Shown here: piece after piece, positions 49,049 to 61,227 of the stretch | Layout of the letters: each line of letters starts with the position of its first letter | How positions within the stretch are numbered: position 1 is the stretch's first letter | NCBI RefSeq assembly: GCF_018350175.1 | Contig: NC_058368.1 | Span: forward strand, 225,558,001 to 225,622,000 | Direction of reading: 5' to 3' | Length of the DNA: 64,000 nt | Source: Felis catus | Taxonomy: Eukaryota | Translations under genes and position numbers: made by a program | The notes under the pieces: generated by a model | Told to the model about the DNA's origin: nothing | Database searches by the model: none | What the model saw: the letters and a program-made list of their open reading frames with translations, nothing else

Positions 49049-51049
49049 TCAGCTGACAGTCCGTCAGCAGCGTCTGGGCTTGGTGGCACCCAGACCACCC
49101 CGTCTTTGCCAAAGGGTTTTGAAGAGGGGGTTTCCCCAAGGAAGGACTCAGCCGCGTTGATCGCGAAGCGCTGTGATATGGGCCAGGGAGGGCAGGTTGG
49201 CAGAGAGAGTGTCGCGAATACGCCGGGACAAAGAGACGGAGGGGGTCTCGCCCGGGGCGGGGCGGGGAGGGTCGGGAGCCAGAGAAGAAGGAGCTAGAAG
49301 TGTGGGGGTGGAGGGGTGCGTGGGGGCCTTGTGAAGCCCCCGTGGCCGTGAGAACTTGGCGCTGAGGGTCCCGGCAGCCCCTCCAGGGGAGGAGCGTGGG
49401 GAGAGGACGGGTTGGTTTCGGACCCCTGTCTTAGCGTGTCGTCTGGAGCCTGGCTCGTTTCGGATTGTCACGTACCCAGCGTCTAAACACGGTGTCGACA
49501 AGGGCAGAGGAGGTTTCTCTGTCGTGTTGCACGTCAGCCCGGGGTCTGCCAGGCGGGCTCCGTGGTGCGGCAGGTTGGTCTGCAGCCACACGGAAGAGAA
49601 GCAAAGGGAGTGCTGGGGTTTGTCGCGCTCTGGGTCAATTGCACGGGGGAGGCTCCTCCCCCAGCCTCTAAGGAATGGCTCAAAACCACATCAGGGAGGG
49701 AGCCCCAGGGAAGGGCAGGGCTCCTCTGCAATTATGGCCTCGGGGATGGCTCCAGAGGAAGGAGGAGGGGGGGACACCCAGCCCGCCTGTCCCCTCGTTG
49801 GGCTTGCCGAACCCACAGCACAGACATCAGGATCAGACGAGTCCGTTTGGAGAAGCTGGGGCGGGGCCCAAAGATGAACGCTTCTGTAGGCACAAAAGAT
49901 TGTTTGTAGGCACAAAAGCTAACGTGTTTTGGGGGGTTTCAGAAATACCTCCCCTCTGCTGGGTGCCGTTCCAGACCGAGTCGGTAAGTGTGGCCTGACC
50001 GTGTTCCCGAGTGAGCTCGGAAGCCGGCTTCTTCCCGCCCAGCGCAGCGTGTTCACGGTCAGTAGCCGGCTGGGGACTTGGTGACTGCAGCCGGCAGGTG
50101 GAGGGCGTTCACCCGTGGGGAAGCCCTGGGCCGTCTGTACTGGTGGGACTGGGCGTGGGATGGGGTTGGAAATCCAAGTCCGCGCGTTGCATTGGGTTTC
50201 CCCAAAGTAGCCTTTTTTGGGGTGGGGGCTGGGGGGGATTCATTTCTGTCCCTTTCCAAAGCCAGTGTCACGTATCCACGTGCCTCTCAGGGACGCGGGG
50301 ATGGCCTTAAAACCGGATGGCCAGTCCTCCCTCATACCAGGAACAGCTGAACCCAGTGTGGTTTGTCTGAGGCTTTTTTTCACATGAAATCAAAACTGAT
50401 GTTGCCAGAAAATGATGATCACCCATCTGCCTTGACCGTATGTATTTTTAAACTTTGCCGAACGTTGGTACGCTTGAGTGGCCACTTCCGTATCAGCACA
50501 TGAGGGTGGCGGTTAGGAACGTTGTTTTTATGATGTTTTCTCTTCCTTTCCTGCCTCTCTTTCGAAGGTCAGATTCCTTTGACCAAGGAGGGAATGATTG
50601 GCCCGAAGGTTACTCCCATTAAATGGAAGTGTCGCTTCTGAATTTCAGAGCTTGACTTCAGCATCGACTGAAGGTTCCGACTAACTTGCCATCTGGTTTT
50701 CAACTAACTTGAATGCTTCACAGTTTGTTTTTAATTGTGTAAAAATGTTTTCAATGGTTTAATTGGATAATGACAGCAAGCCGTTGTGTTTGTTTTTTGT
50801 TTTTTTTGTATTTTTATGTAGAAGGTAGTGGACTTAGAGCGCTGCAACATGGTTAAAACACGAATTGATTTGTGGTCAAATCACGTGCCCCCAATATAGC
50901 TACGTCAATGTCGCCCTCCCCGTGGGCCGGGCTGAGCGCTAACCTCCAAGGACGCAAGAGTACTCTTGTTCACAGGAGTTGCTTCTTGAAAGATTGGATA
51001 AATGAGAGATCCCGCCTCTCGAAGACCTCACGGTTCCTTGGCGAAGACA

Positions 51050-51930
51050 GACACAGGCACACCATTGACCACTGCTCAGGGTGCGGTGCGTGTGATAAAA
51101 GTACTTTGGAACATCAAGACCGGGCACCCAAAGGGGAAAAGAAGGAAAGGGTCAGAGGAAAGTGATGCCCGGGAGAGGCACTAGTTTGGAGAGAGAGTGG
51201 CTCATTTCTAGCAGAAGATTGCCACGTGCCAAACACGTGAGCCAGTAGGGAGCGTTTGTCCAACTGTGGGAAATCAAGATGCTGAAATCACTGTGGCGGA
51301 CAGCTGTCTGGCAAGATGGTCGGGAGCAGGTGAGGAAGGGCTCCGTGTATACGTGAACGAGTTTGACTAGATCTGTGAAGGCCGCGTGGGACGACTTTAA
51401 ACAGGAGGTCTGGGGGAGCTCACTCCGCCTGCGAGGTGATGGATGAGTGCGGGACGTATCCAGCCCAGAAGGAGAAAGTTGACCAGCTCACTCGATGGGA
51501 AACGATGGCGTTCCACACCAATCCTGAGAGAGTTTGAGTATGAAGCATACCGACCAAGAGGAAGAATGCAAGTGTTTGAGAGGGTGGGGGGGGGTGCTGA
51601 TAGAGTGAATTTCTGTAGGATGGCTCCTCGATTTCTGGATTAGCCATTGGGTTGACTGTGGTGCCTTTGTCAAGATGGCACTGAGAAGAAATGGGTGTTT
51701 GGGGGGAGCTTAGCCTCGTCCATGTGAGTTGGAGCTAAGGGTCATCCAAGTGAAGATGTCCAGTGGGCCACTGAGTGTGTGGATCTGTGATGTAATACTG
51801 AAGCTGCATTGAAGGTGAAGGTTGAGGAAGTAAATTATTGGCATATTGAGCTGTGATGACCAAACCGGAAGGAAAGAGGAGAAGGGTGTATGGGAAATAA
51901 ATCTCCTGACGATCCCCACCTCTTACTCGG
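51050..51930 (-). mobile_element. Long degenerate L2 fragment
   Basis: Purine-rich antisense L2 motifs, e.g. 'gtcatccaagtgaagatgtccagtgggccactgagtgtgtggatctg' and 'atttctggattagccattgggttgactgtggtgccttt'. Confidence 0.7.
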
Positions 51931-54197
51931 TTTTCCCTTTAGCAGAGTATGGCAGGGCCCTGACTAGCCGATTTCTGTAATGCATTTCAGATGATCTGTT
52001 CCGTATCCAGCTACGTTCAGGATCACATGGGGAAAAGGAAGTTGTGGTTTTTATCCTCATTAACAAAAATGATAAATACCTCTGATTTATGTAGTACTCT
52101 CACATAGCAGTCAGGTGGGGGTCATCAGAGGATATGTGGTTAGACTGACCAGAAGCGTAGGCCCGGAGGGGTTAAGCAGTGTTCTGGGGCAAGGTGCTCC
52201 GGGCTAAGGACTTCTGGGTTCTGATGACCAAACTTTGTCGCATAGACCATTTGTTCCCGTGTTTGAACAGTGCCTTCTTAATGGCAGCATGGATCCCTCG
52301 TATCTCAAAGCATCTGAGGCCCCTGGGTCACTTTTCGTTTTCTTCGTCACCCCCGGTCCTTTTGGAGGGAGATGGGATGCCAGGCAGGACACCCTGATGG
52401 CCTTTTGAAAATCTTGAGTTGGTGGACTTTGGATTGAAGAGATGCCGTGAGTTTCTTCCAACATTTTTAAGCAGTATGTGAGACAGCTGTTCCAGATTAT
52501 TAAAACGGGCAAGGAAATGTATTCTTTGGGGAGTTATGTGGAACTTTTGTGACTAGAAAAATATGTCATGTGCTTCAAAGTAGAATGGTCTGTTTCTGAA
52601 AAGCTGTGAAAATGACCAAGCTATTTATTCTTGTGGAATTTGGAATCCAGTATGAGGAGACCAGTCGTGGTCCTGGTCCTGCCTCATGTTTGAGAGTTTC
52701 ATGTGTCCACAGTCTGAAACCGCATGGGATGGTCGTGGCCATTTGTAGAGCAGTACTGATACCTTTTTATAGAGTGATAAACGCTACGACACGTAACCAG
52801 TGTGTGTCACAGCTTTTAGAATTTCTTCCCACATGTGACCTTTGCTTCACTTGGCACTTAATTTACAGCCAGGCTCTTCTTTGACCCCCTTCGCTTGCCA
52901 GTCACCATTTTTACTAATACTGATGAATCTCTTATCCACGCAGCCTTTGTTCTAGGGAGAAAATTACCCGGGCAGAGTGGTATGTTTAAGGAAGTGGGGA
53001 AAAAATAAGAGGTCTTGGGCAGTAATTATTTTTGCTGGTAGACCTCTAAGATTCCACCTGACTCGTCCTTCTTTCAATAAGCTGTTAGGAACTATTGCTG
53101 TCGTCCCCATGTTGTTTTGTACTTCTGTTTTATGGAGGTTCAAACGTGGGCGCGAACGGTGAAAACTCACTAAGTAGCTGGAGCCCCCCCCCCCGCCCCC
53201 CAAATTCCACAACTGTCATGAGAATAATTCGTTAGGACTCAAGCTGTTCTCTCACCTTTTGGGAGCGGCTCAGACTGTCTTCTTAAATACCCCAGCGGGT
53301 GACCCCCAGAGATGGTGGGATTTGGTGAAGAAGGGTTTTCTAAGCAGGAGACTTGTCCTGTTCAGCAATTCCCGTGGCAAGCTTGGAGCTTGGATTGGAC
53401 ATGCCAGACCACGGTGGGAAATCAGTGAGGAATGGGACATTCGTGACATCTAAGCAAATGAGGCCAGGGCGGGGGATGGAAGGGAAGGAAGGAGATAGGT
53501 TCTGGGGTTCATGGAAAGTGGGGCGTATAAATGTGGAAGCATTGGTCACGGGTGATGAGCTGGACAGAGTCTGGGATAATTCCCTTCCGGACGTGGGTGA
53601 GTGGTGATGCGGGCCACCGCAGGCCCACAGTGTGGGACGCCGGGAACCCGGGGTCCTGTCCTCGATTTCATCCGCTGGCTCTGTGACTACAGGGGCAGCA
53701 CTTACCTTTCCCTCATCTGTCAGAGGAGGCAGAACGGTGGCCTCTGGCCTGCCCACATCTCGAGGTTACGTTGGAGCAGATGAGGGCTGCGAAGATGTGT
53801 CTCCGTGGGTAGGATTGTCTTTGCCCCACAATTACGAAATGTCAGATGAAGTTGTGTTGGAGACATGTGGGCTTAATTGTCATTTAAAATCTGTTGACAA
53901 GCCTTTTAAGAAGCGACTTAGGCCATTAGTGAGAAGGTGAAATATAAAACTTGTGCATTCATGTTGGAAGAGCCTGATTAACCCCTGATGCCAAATGGAG
54001 GCACTTATATTAGGGAGGCATTTTGAACTCTAAATGAAGTAAGATTTCCTGTCGTCCTAAAAAAATTAAAAAATTGAGTTCTCAGTCTATACCAACCAGA
54101 CATATTTTATATATTCTTTCTTTGTTTGTTTGTTTTTTGTAAAGAGATTTCAAAACAGTACATGGGGAGAGATGGGCAATAGAGATTTCAGATGGAA

Positions 54198-54335
54198 TTT
54201 TTTGTTGGTTTGTTTTAAGTAGTCTCCACACCCAGCGTGGAGCCCAACGTAGGTCTTGAACTCAAGACTCTGAGAACAAGACCTGAGTTGAGATCAAGAG
54301 CCCGATGCTTAACCAACTGAGCCAGCCAGGTGCCC
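54198..54335 (-). mobile_element. Short (old-type) Can-SINE
   Basis: aagtagtctccacacccagcgtggagcccaacgtagg..tgagccagccaggtgccc. Confidence 0.85.
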
Positions 54336-54689
54336 TGTTAGATTATTGAGTTTAGGCTCAAATTGAGTCTGGCTGTTTGCTATCAATGTTGGTATGTGGG
54401 ATTCCCATCCGTTGAATGTACTTCCAGCCACAACCTGTGTAGTTATTAATCTCTGAACTCGAATCAGATTATGTCGCCCCTGGAAACCTGCATGCCTTTC
54501 ATTCTCTCCCTTACTAAACGGTCTGTAATTTGTCACCAGAATATTTTTCTCAACTTCGGTTGAAATTGGAAGGCGCATATGCCTCTTGTTACTACCCTTA
54601 ATTCTGTGCTTGTTTTCAGATCGCTCCCTGATACTATAAAAAAGAGATTAACGTACTCTATCAGCACCAAAATTCTCGTATTTTTTAAT

Positions 54690-55125
54690 TTTTAAAATGT
54701 TTAGTTGCGATCAAATACACATAAACTTTGTCATCCTGACCATTTGAAAGTGTATACTTCAGTAGCGTTAAGTATGTGCACATCGTTTTGAATCTTTTAG
54801 AATGCTTGCAACTTCGAAAACTGGAACTCTGTTCCCATTAACTTCCACATTCCCCACTCGTCAGCCACGGCAACTGCCTCTCTCCTTTCTGTTTTTACGA
54901 AGTTGACTACTCTAGGTACCTCGTTTCAGTGGAATCCCACGATAGTCGTCCTTTGGTGACTGATTTATTTCACTTAGCGGAACGTCCATGTTGTGTGTGT
55001 CAGAAATTTCCTTCCTTTTTTAAGGCTGCATAATACTCCAGTGTATGTGTGTATCACAGTTTGCTTATCCATTCATCCATTGGTGGATGCTTGGGTTGCT
55101 GACACCTTTTGGCTACTGGGTAGTA
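54690..55125 (-). mobile_element. Old L1 (L1MA/MB) 3' UTR fragment
   Basis: 'gaccatttgaaagtgtatacttcagtagcgttaagt..ttgactactctaggtacctc..gtcagaaatttccttcctttttaaggctg'. Confidence 0.85.
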
Positions 55126-55309
55126 TTTTTTATATGCTCTGTAGAATGCAAAGTTTGAAAACCCATTCTTCCCTCAGGAGTACAGCAAAGAACAAGAAAG
55201 TGCTTCGAGAACATGCATTTAAGGAAAATCTGGAACAGATTCAAGACCTGTTATAAATGTGTGTAACTTAGCTCTCTTAGAGTATTTAACATGGTCTAAA
55301 CTGTAGGGG

Positions 55310-55570
55310 TTTTCTTTCTTTCTTTCTTTTTCTTTCTTTTCTTTTCTTTTCTTTTCTTTTCTTTTCTTTTCTTTTCTTTTCTTTTCTTTTCTTTTCCTTT
55401 CCTTTCCTTTCCTTTCCTTTCCTTTCCTTTCCTTTCCTTTCCTTTCCTTTCCTTTCCTTTCCTTTTCTTTTCTTTCTCCCCTCCCTCCCCTCCCGTCCCT
55501 TCCCCTCCCCTCCCCTCCCTTCCCCTCCCTTCCCCTCCCCTCCCCTCTCCTCCCCTCCCCTCCCCTTCCT
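55310..55570. repeat. Compound polypyrimidine microsatellite (TTTTC)n-(TTTCC)n-(CCCCT)n
   Basis: About 260 bp, almost purely C/T on the + strand. Confidence 0.95.
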
Positions 55571-56489
55571 CGTAGATTATGTGTTTTATATGCTGGAAGC
55601 CTCAACCACAAAGTGGAAGGGGCCCAACAGGAGTGCCTGCATTCTTAGAGTCCTGTTGGAATATAGCCATATGCCAACAGATGCTTGATCTTTTGAAATC
55701 GGATGCAGCAATTTTAGCCTTAAGTGCTCTCTCTGCGCCCATCAAGAAGGGTCCTGAACATTGTGGGGACAGAGGAATTCAACCCTTCATCTGGTTTAAT
55801 GATACAGATGTGTGCATGGGGTGTGAAGCATTGTCACATAGTTAAGGACACGTAGCTGCCAAGGGGCTCCTCACTTACTTGGATGGTGAAAGGTTTCAGC
55901 GGTCGAAATGCACATCGTTTTGAACGTGTGTCTCATTTCCCGCAGTGTGTGGTGTGTGCTGTGCAGAGTAAAATAAAAGCCTGGCTTGGTGGCTTCCATC
56001 GCCTGTACAGCAAAACGATCTGTCTGCAAAGAGCGCAGACCCTCCTAGCACCTTCAGCCGCTCCTCTCGTGGAGGAACCGGAGGAACAGCAGTTTCGGAA
56101 GGAGACGCCCTTGAGATTTGGGGCCACCCTCAACTGGTGCTACGTGGGGTGCGTGGCAAGGTCGAGAGGCTGCAGTGGGAGAAGTAGTCGGGAGCTCCAA
56201 TCCGGGGCGGGGTTAGTTAGACACGTAAGACTGTGTCTGCCTCATTCGGTGCGGGCATCGTTTTCATAGGCTGAGAGACGGAAAAAGGCCAAAAATCCTT
56301 AAAAGAGTAAATTAGGTTCACTAGCCTGGGTTTGGGAACACAAAGGCACGTGCTATATAGGCTTCCAGAAGTATTCCATCAACATGGGAAAAATCAGGCA
56401 TTCTTGTGTAAAGGGATGAAAGTCTATTTTTTGTAATATTTATGGGGAACTTCTAATTTCTCAAGAATGTGTAATAAAGAACCACATTT

Positions 56490-56563
56490 TCTTTTTCTTT
56501 CTTTTTTTTAAATAAAGTTTACTTACTTATTTTGAGAAAGTGAGCAAGCAGTGGGCGAGGTGG

Positions 56564-56612
<49 letters not shown>

Positions 56613-56738
56613 CCCAAGCGGGCTCCACGCTGCCAGCATGGAACCCGATGCGAGGCTTGAACCCACGAACCGTGAGATCATGACCCGAGCTGAAACCAAG
56701 AGTTGGACACTTAACCAGCCGAGCCACCCAGGTGCCCC
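56490..56738 (-). mobile_element. Can-SINE with long (GA)n
   Basis: gaatcccaagcgggctcc..gagccacccaggtgcccc. Confidence 0.92.
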
Positions 56739-57382
56739 AGGACCAGTTTACTCGATGGCAGTTCACTAGATTGAAAGACGAGAGACGTGTTTCCACATCT
56801 GGCTGTGAAAATCAGACACGGAGATCAATATTGTTTTGGGAAAAGCGTGCTCAAGCTGTGTGGCAGTGATTGTGCTCGGTGGGGAGGATGCCATGATGCA
56901 TTAGTGGGTCCGCTGTGCGTGACCACCGATGGAGTATTTGCCAGTTGCGCAGACGGCTTTTCTGTTGCACAAATGCTTGTTCAGAGTGCCTGGCTTCCCT
57001 TCCCCTCTAGAATCGCTGCGGGTTGGGGATGGGGATGTCTTAGCTACCAACCACACTGTTCTGAAACACTTTACAGACTACAATGCGAGTTACTTAAAAG
57101 CAGGCCTAAGACCATTTGGAATGTTCCAACTTGATCTGCGCTAACAAGCTTCTAATGCCCTTGGATTCCCTGCCCCCGTACAAAAACCGTGTCATCCACA
57201 CTTCCGGGATGAGTGATCTCTTAAGTGATACTGCATGACCATTGGGGTGGCCCAACCAGGAGGGGACAGCGGGCCTATGAGATTGTGACCAAGAGAATCA
57301 CTTTCAAAGTAAAGCGTTTGTAAAAAAGGTTATGATACCCTGAATGAGTAAATTGATACTTTCTTAAAGAAAGGCTCGTGGA

Positions 57383-57566
57383 GGGACGCCTGGGCGGCTC
57401 AGTCAGTTGAGCCTCCGACTGTTGATTTCGGCTCAGGTCACGATCTCACACACAGTTCGTGAGTTCGAGCCCCACGTCAGGCTCTGTGCTGACCGAGGGA
57501 TTCTCTCTCTCCCCCCTTTCTTTCTTCTCCCCCACCCTGCTCTCTCAAAGTAAATAAACGTAAAAA
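57383..57566 (+). mobile_element. Can-SINE with internal deletion
   Basis: ctgtgctgacc joins gagggattctc; TSD-like aaagaaa(g/a)g(a)ctc. Confidence 0.9.
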
Positions 57567-57675
57567 GAAAAGACTCACCTTAAAATTTTCTAACAATCGT
57601 TCAGACACAAGCAAGGTGTGCAAAATTTTCAAGACGTGGGCTGGGCATATCATTTTTCAATTTGTTTTTGTGTTA

Positions 57676-57757
57676 TTTTTCTTTTTAAGTAGGCTCTACA
57701 CCCACCATGGGGCTTGAACTCAGAATCCTGAGCTCAAGAGTAACAGTCAGGCGCCCC
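57676..57757 (-). mobile_element. Short Can-SINE, partial
   Basis: aagtaggctctacacccaccatggggcttgaactc..caggcgccc. Confidence 0.75.
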
Positions 57758-57771
57758 AGGGCGTATCATTC

Positions 57772-57992
57772 TTTTTTTTTTTTTTTTTTTTTAACGTTTA
57801 TTGATTTTGAGACAGAGAGAGACAGGGCATGAACGGGGAAGGGGCAGAGAGAGGGAGACACAGAATCTGAAACAGGCTCCAGGCTCCGAGTTGTCAGCAC
57901 AGAGCCCAACGCGGGGCTCGAAGTCACGGACCGCGAGATCACGACCTGAGCCGAAGTTGGCCGCTTAACCGACTGAGCCACCCAGGCGCCCC
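57772..57992 (-). mobile_element. Can-SINE, felid type
   Basis: TSD atcattcttt. Confidence 0.95.
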
Positions 57993-58239
57993 CGGATCAT
58001 TCTTTAAAAAGTGTGTTGTTAACAGGTTAATATCCTAATATTAATTTAATGCACCGTTTGATACTGTGTGGCTTTTATATTTTACTTGTAACTGAGAAAG
58101 AGTATTGCAGTGTGTGCCTGCTGAGCTGTTTTAAGAGGGAAGCCGTTAGTGTCTTGATTTCTGCCAACGGAGGAAAAAAGTAAGAACGTATCTCACAGAA
58201 AAATGAACAGTTTTGAGATTTCCAGATGCAGAGTAGTCA

Positions 58240-58347
58240 GGGCACCTGGCTGGCTCAGAAGAGCATGTGACTCTTGATCTTGGGGTCATGAGTTTGAGCC
58301 CCACATTGGGTGTAGAAGGTACTTAAAAATAAACGAACTTTAAAAAA
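58240..58347 (+). mobile_element. Short (old-type) Can-SINE
   Basis: gggcacctggctggctcag..gagtttgagccccacattgggtgtaga..acttaaaaataaa. Confidence 0.85.
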
Positions 58348-58588
58348 TATGCGTAAAAATAATCATTCCGCTACCAAAAGGTAGAAACAACTCTGACATT
58401 TTAGACAACGTAGTGGAAGGGGCTAAGACACCCAGAGCCTCGACACCGTCTGCCTGCCTGCTTTACCTCTGCAAACAGTTGACATGAAGGAAGGCACCAG
58501 TGCCTGTGGTCAAAGCATTGACGGAAGACATATGGCCTCCTCCAGAGAACCAAGTCGTTCTCTGTTGTCCTTTAGAAGTAGGAGGCTT

Positions 58589-58731
58589 GGGCACCCGCGT
58601 GGCTCACTCAGTTGACTGTCTCTTGGTTTTGGCTCAGGTCATGATCTCACGGTTTGTGAGTTCAAGCCCCGAGTCGGGCTCTGCACTGATAGTTCAGAGC
58701 CTGCTTGGTATTCTCTCTCTCTCTGTCTCTT

Positions 58732-58770
<39 letters not shown>

Positions 58771-58830
58771 TCTCCCCCCCCACCCCGTGCTTGCATGCTC
58801 ACACGCTGTCTCTCAAAATAAGCATAAAAT
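58589..58830 (+). mobile_element. Can-SINE, diverged
   Basis: ttggctcaggtcatgatctcacggtttgtgagttcaagccc..(CT)n. Confidence 0.9.
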
Positions 58831-58989
58831 ATATGTTTATGAGACTTTCCTTCCCCAGAGGAGAAAGCAGTCCCGTCTGTATGGCCAAATCTTGCCCACA
58901 GTGCTCTGGCAGGGGAAGATGGGCTTTCTAGAGAGTTGAGGTTTCCAAAGACCTGAACATTTACGCCTTAATGTGCTATGTCTTCTTCT

Positions 58990-59585
58990 GTTAATTGAGG
59001 TGAAATTATCATAACTGAAAAGGAACCACTTTAGAGTATACGATTCAGTGGTATTTCGTACACCCACAGTTCTTGTACAGCCCGCCTCCCTGTCTAGTTC
59101 TAAAATATTTTCATCACCCTGAACGGAACGTTAGACCCACTAAGTGGTCACCCCCTACTTCTGTCCTCCTCCCCCTGCCCATAGTAACTACCACCAGTCG
59201 TCTGTCTTTATGGATTTACCTCTTCTGGATACGTGAACTTTCAGGTCTGACTTCTCCAACTTGGTGTAATGTTTTCCGTGTTCCCCATTGTTCTTCTGGA
59301 TACGTGAACTTTCAGGTCTGACTTCTTTAACTTAGTGTGGTATTTGCGATGTTCTCCATTGTAACACCTGTCAGTACTTTATTCCTTTGTGTGGCTGAAT
59401 AATAGTCCGTTGTATGGACGTACCTTCTCTCGTGTACCAGCCCCTCTGATCGTTGGCACTCGGGTGGTTTCCACTGTTAGGTAAGTGCGAAAAATGCTAT
59501 TATTTGTCGGAGAGCCTGTTTTTAACTCTTTGGGTTCTATATCTAGGAGTTGGTCATACGGTAATAATTCTTTTATGTTTTTTAA
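58990..59585 (-). mobile_element. Old L1 (L1MB-like) 3' fragment containing a 71-bp tandem duplication
   Basis: 'taattgaggtgaaattatcataac..tttagagtatacgattcagtggtattt..tttaactctttgggttctatatctaggagt'. Confidence 0.85.
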
Positions 59586-59977
59586 CCTTTTTTGGTTCAA
59601 AACCTTCCCAAAACATATTGGAAACCTCCTTACGTTTGGAAACAGTTCCGCGGAGCATATGATACCGTGCTGCGTGTTCGTGGCAGGCGCTCTGAAAGTG
59701 GATGATGGCTAAATGCTGCAGCGTCGCGTGTGGTACAGACGCTCTCGGGAGGGTCACACCTTCTGCCCAGCGTCGCTTGCTTTTCCTTTCCTTCCTGCAC
59801 TGCTGTGCCCTGCCAAGGGATATAAGACGTTTCTGCAAATTGGTTCGCTTTCTACTGCATACTGGCTGCAATAGGCGAACGTGCCATTGTTTCCCCATGC
59901 CTCAGTTTCCGCATCTGATAAATGGGAGTAGTAATGCTGCGGAGCTCTTTAGGCTCTGGTGAGTGTTACGGGGGCCC

Positions 59978-60370
59978 CGTGTGGTGGTCGGCTCCGGAGG
60001 TCCCAACAAAGTATCACTGAGGGGGCGGCTTAAACGGACACTGATCTTCTCACCGTTCTGGGGGCTGGAGGTCCTAGGTCAAGGTGTTGGCAGGGTTGGC
60101 TTCTCCCGAGGGCTCCTTCCTCGGCTTGCAGACAGCTGCCTTCTGTGTCCTCACATGGTCTCTGTCTGTGCACACACATCTGGTGTTTCTTTGAGCACAC
60201 AGCTTTCCTCCTGAAAGGATGCTAGTCCCGTTGGATAGGACCTGCCCTAACAGCTTCGTTTCAGTTTCATCATCTCTTTAGAGGCCTTCGCTCCAAGTGC
60301 GGTCCCCTTCCGAGGTGTTAGGGGTCAAGGCTTCACCGCAGGAATTTTGGAGGCTCCCGTGCAGCCCCGA
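59978..60370. mobile_element. MLT1A-like (ERVL-MaLR) solo LTR
   Basis: 'aacaaagtatcac..ggcttaaac..tctcaccgttctgggggctggaggtcc..tcaaggtgttggcagggttgg..tgtgtcctcacatggtc..ttaggggtcaaggcttcac..gaattttgg'. Confidence 0.85.
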
Positions 60371-60731
60371 AGCCTCCACGAAGCACTTGGCACAGGGCCC
60401 GTGCTCCGTAAAAGGTAGTGGTGGTGACTGGGGTCGGCTTCTACCCCTCTGTCTGCTGCTTCAGCCGTGTCTGTGCCGGGAAGCCCGATAACTGCACTCC
60501 GTTAGCGTTTCTGGCGGGAGTACAAGCATACGGTTTTGTGCACGTGAAGGAGGCAGCAGGCCTCACATTTTAATGATCGTGGCCTCGGCTTTGCTGCTCT
60601 GAAGAGCTTGATTCATTTCTAGCTCGGGTTTTGTTCCAGAAGGGTTAAGATTGTCCGGCATGTAAGTCCCAGATCACTTATTCAGCACCAGTATTTTCAA
60701 AACGGTCTTGGTTTTTAAAAGTTACGGTTAA

Positions 60732-60944
60732 GGGGTCCCTGGGTGGCTCGGTCAGTTAAGTGACCCACCCTTGATTTTGGCCCAGGACGTGGTCTCGCGG
60801 TTCGTGTGATCGAGCTCCGCGTCAGGCTCTGTGCTGACAGCACGGAGCCTGCTTGGGATTCTCTCTCTCTCTCCCTCTCTCTCTGCACCCCCAACTCATG
60901 CATGCGTATGCTCTCTCTCTCTCTCTAAATAAACATTTTAAAAA
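60732..60944 (+). mobile_element. Can-SINE
   Basis: ggggtccctgggtggctc..; flanks ggttaa. Confidence 0.92.
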
Positions 60945-61004
60945 GGTATGGTTAAATATGCATGACATACAATTTACCATTTTGACTTTTAAAAAAAGTC
61001 TTTT

Positions 61005-61227
61005 TAAAAAAAAAATTTTTTTTAATGTTTATTTTTGAGAGAGAGACAGAGAGACAGAGCGCAAACAGGGGAGGAGCAGAGAGAGAGGGAGACACAGAAT
61101 CCGAAGCAGGCTCCAGGCTCCGAGCTGTCAGCACAGAGCCCGACGCGGGGCTTGAACCCACGAACCGTGAGATCGTGACCTGAGCCAAAGTCGGACGCTT
61201 AACCGACTGAGCCACCCAGGCACCCCC
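61005..61227 (-). mobile_element. Can-SINE inserted in an L1 3' fragment (about 60945-61400)
   Basis: L1 'acatacaatttaccattttgact' resumes as 'gactgtttttaagtgaacaattcagtgc' after the SINE. Confidence 0.93.

Noticed and set aside
49356..49877. 173-aa ORF in the GC-rich block
   Set aside because: Non-ATG start, low-complexity G/S/R composition, and no recognisable homology. Stop codons are depleted by high GC content.
49885..49918. tgtaggcacaaaag repeated twice with 20-bp period, and (GGAGCTT)x3 at 48054-48074
   Set aside because: Ordinary micro-duplications with no evidence of function.
55219..55611. K/R/E/G-rich 130-aa ORF
   Set aside because: A translation of the pentamer microsatellite.
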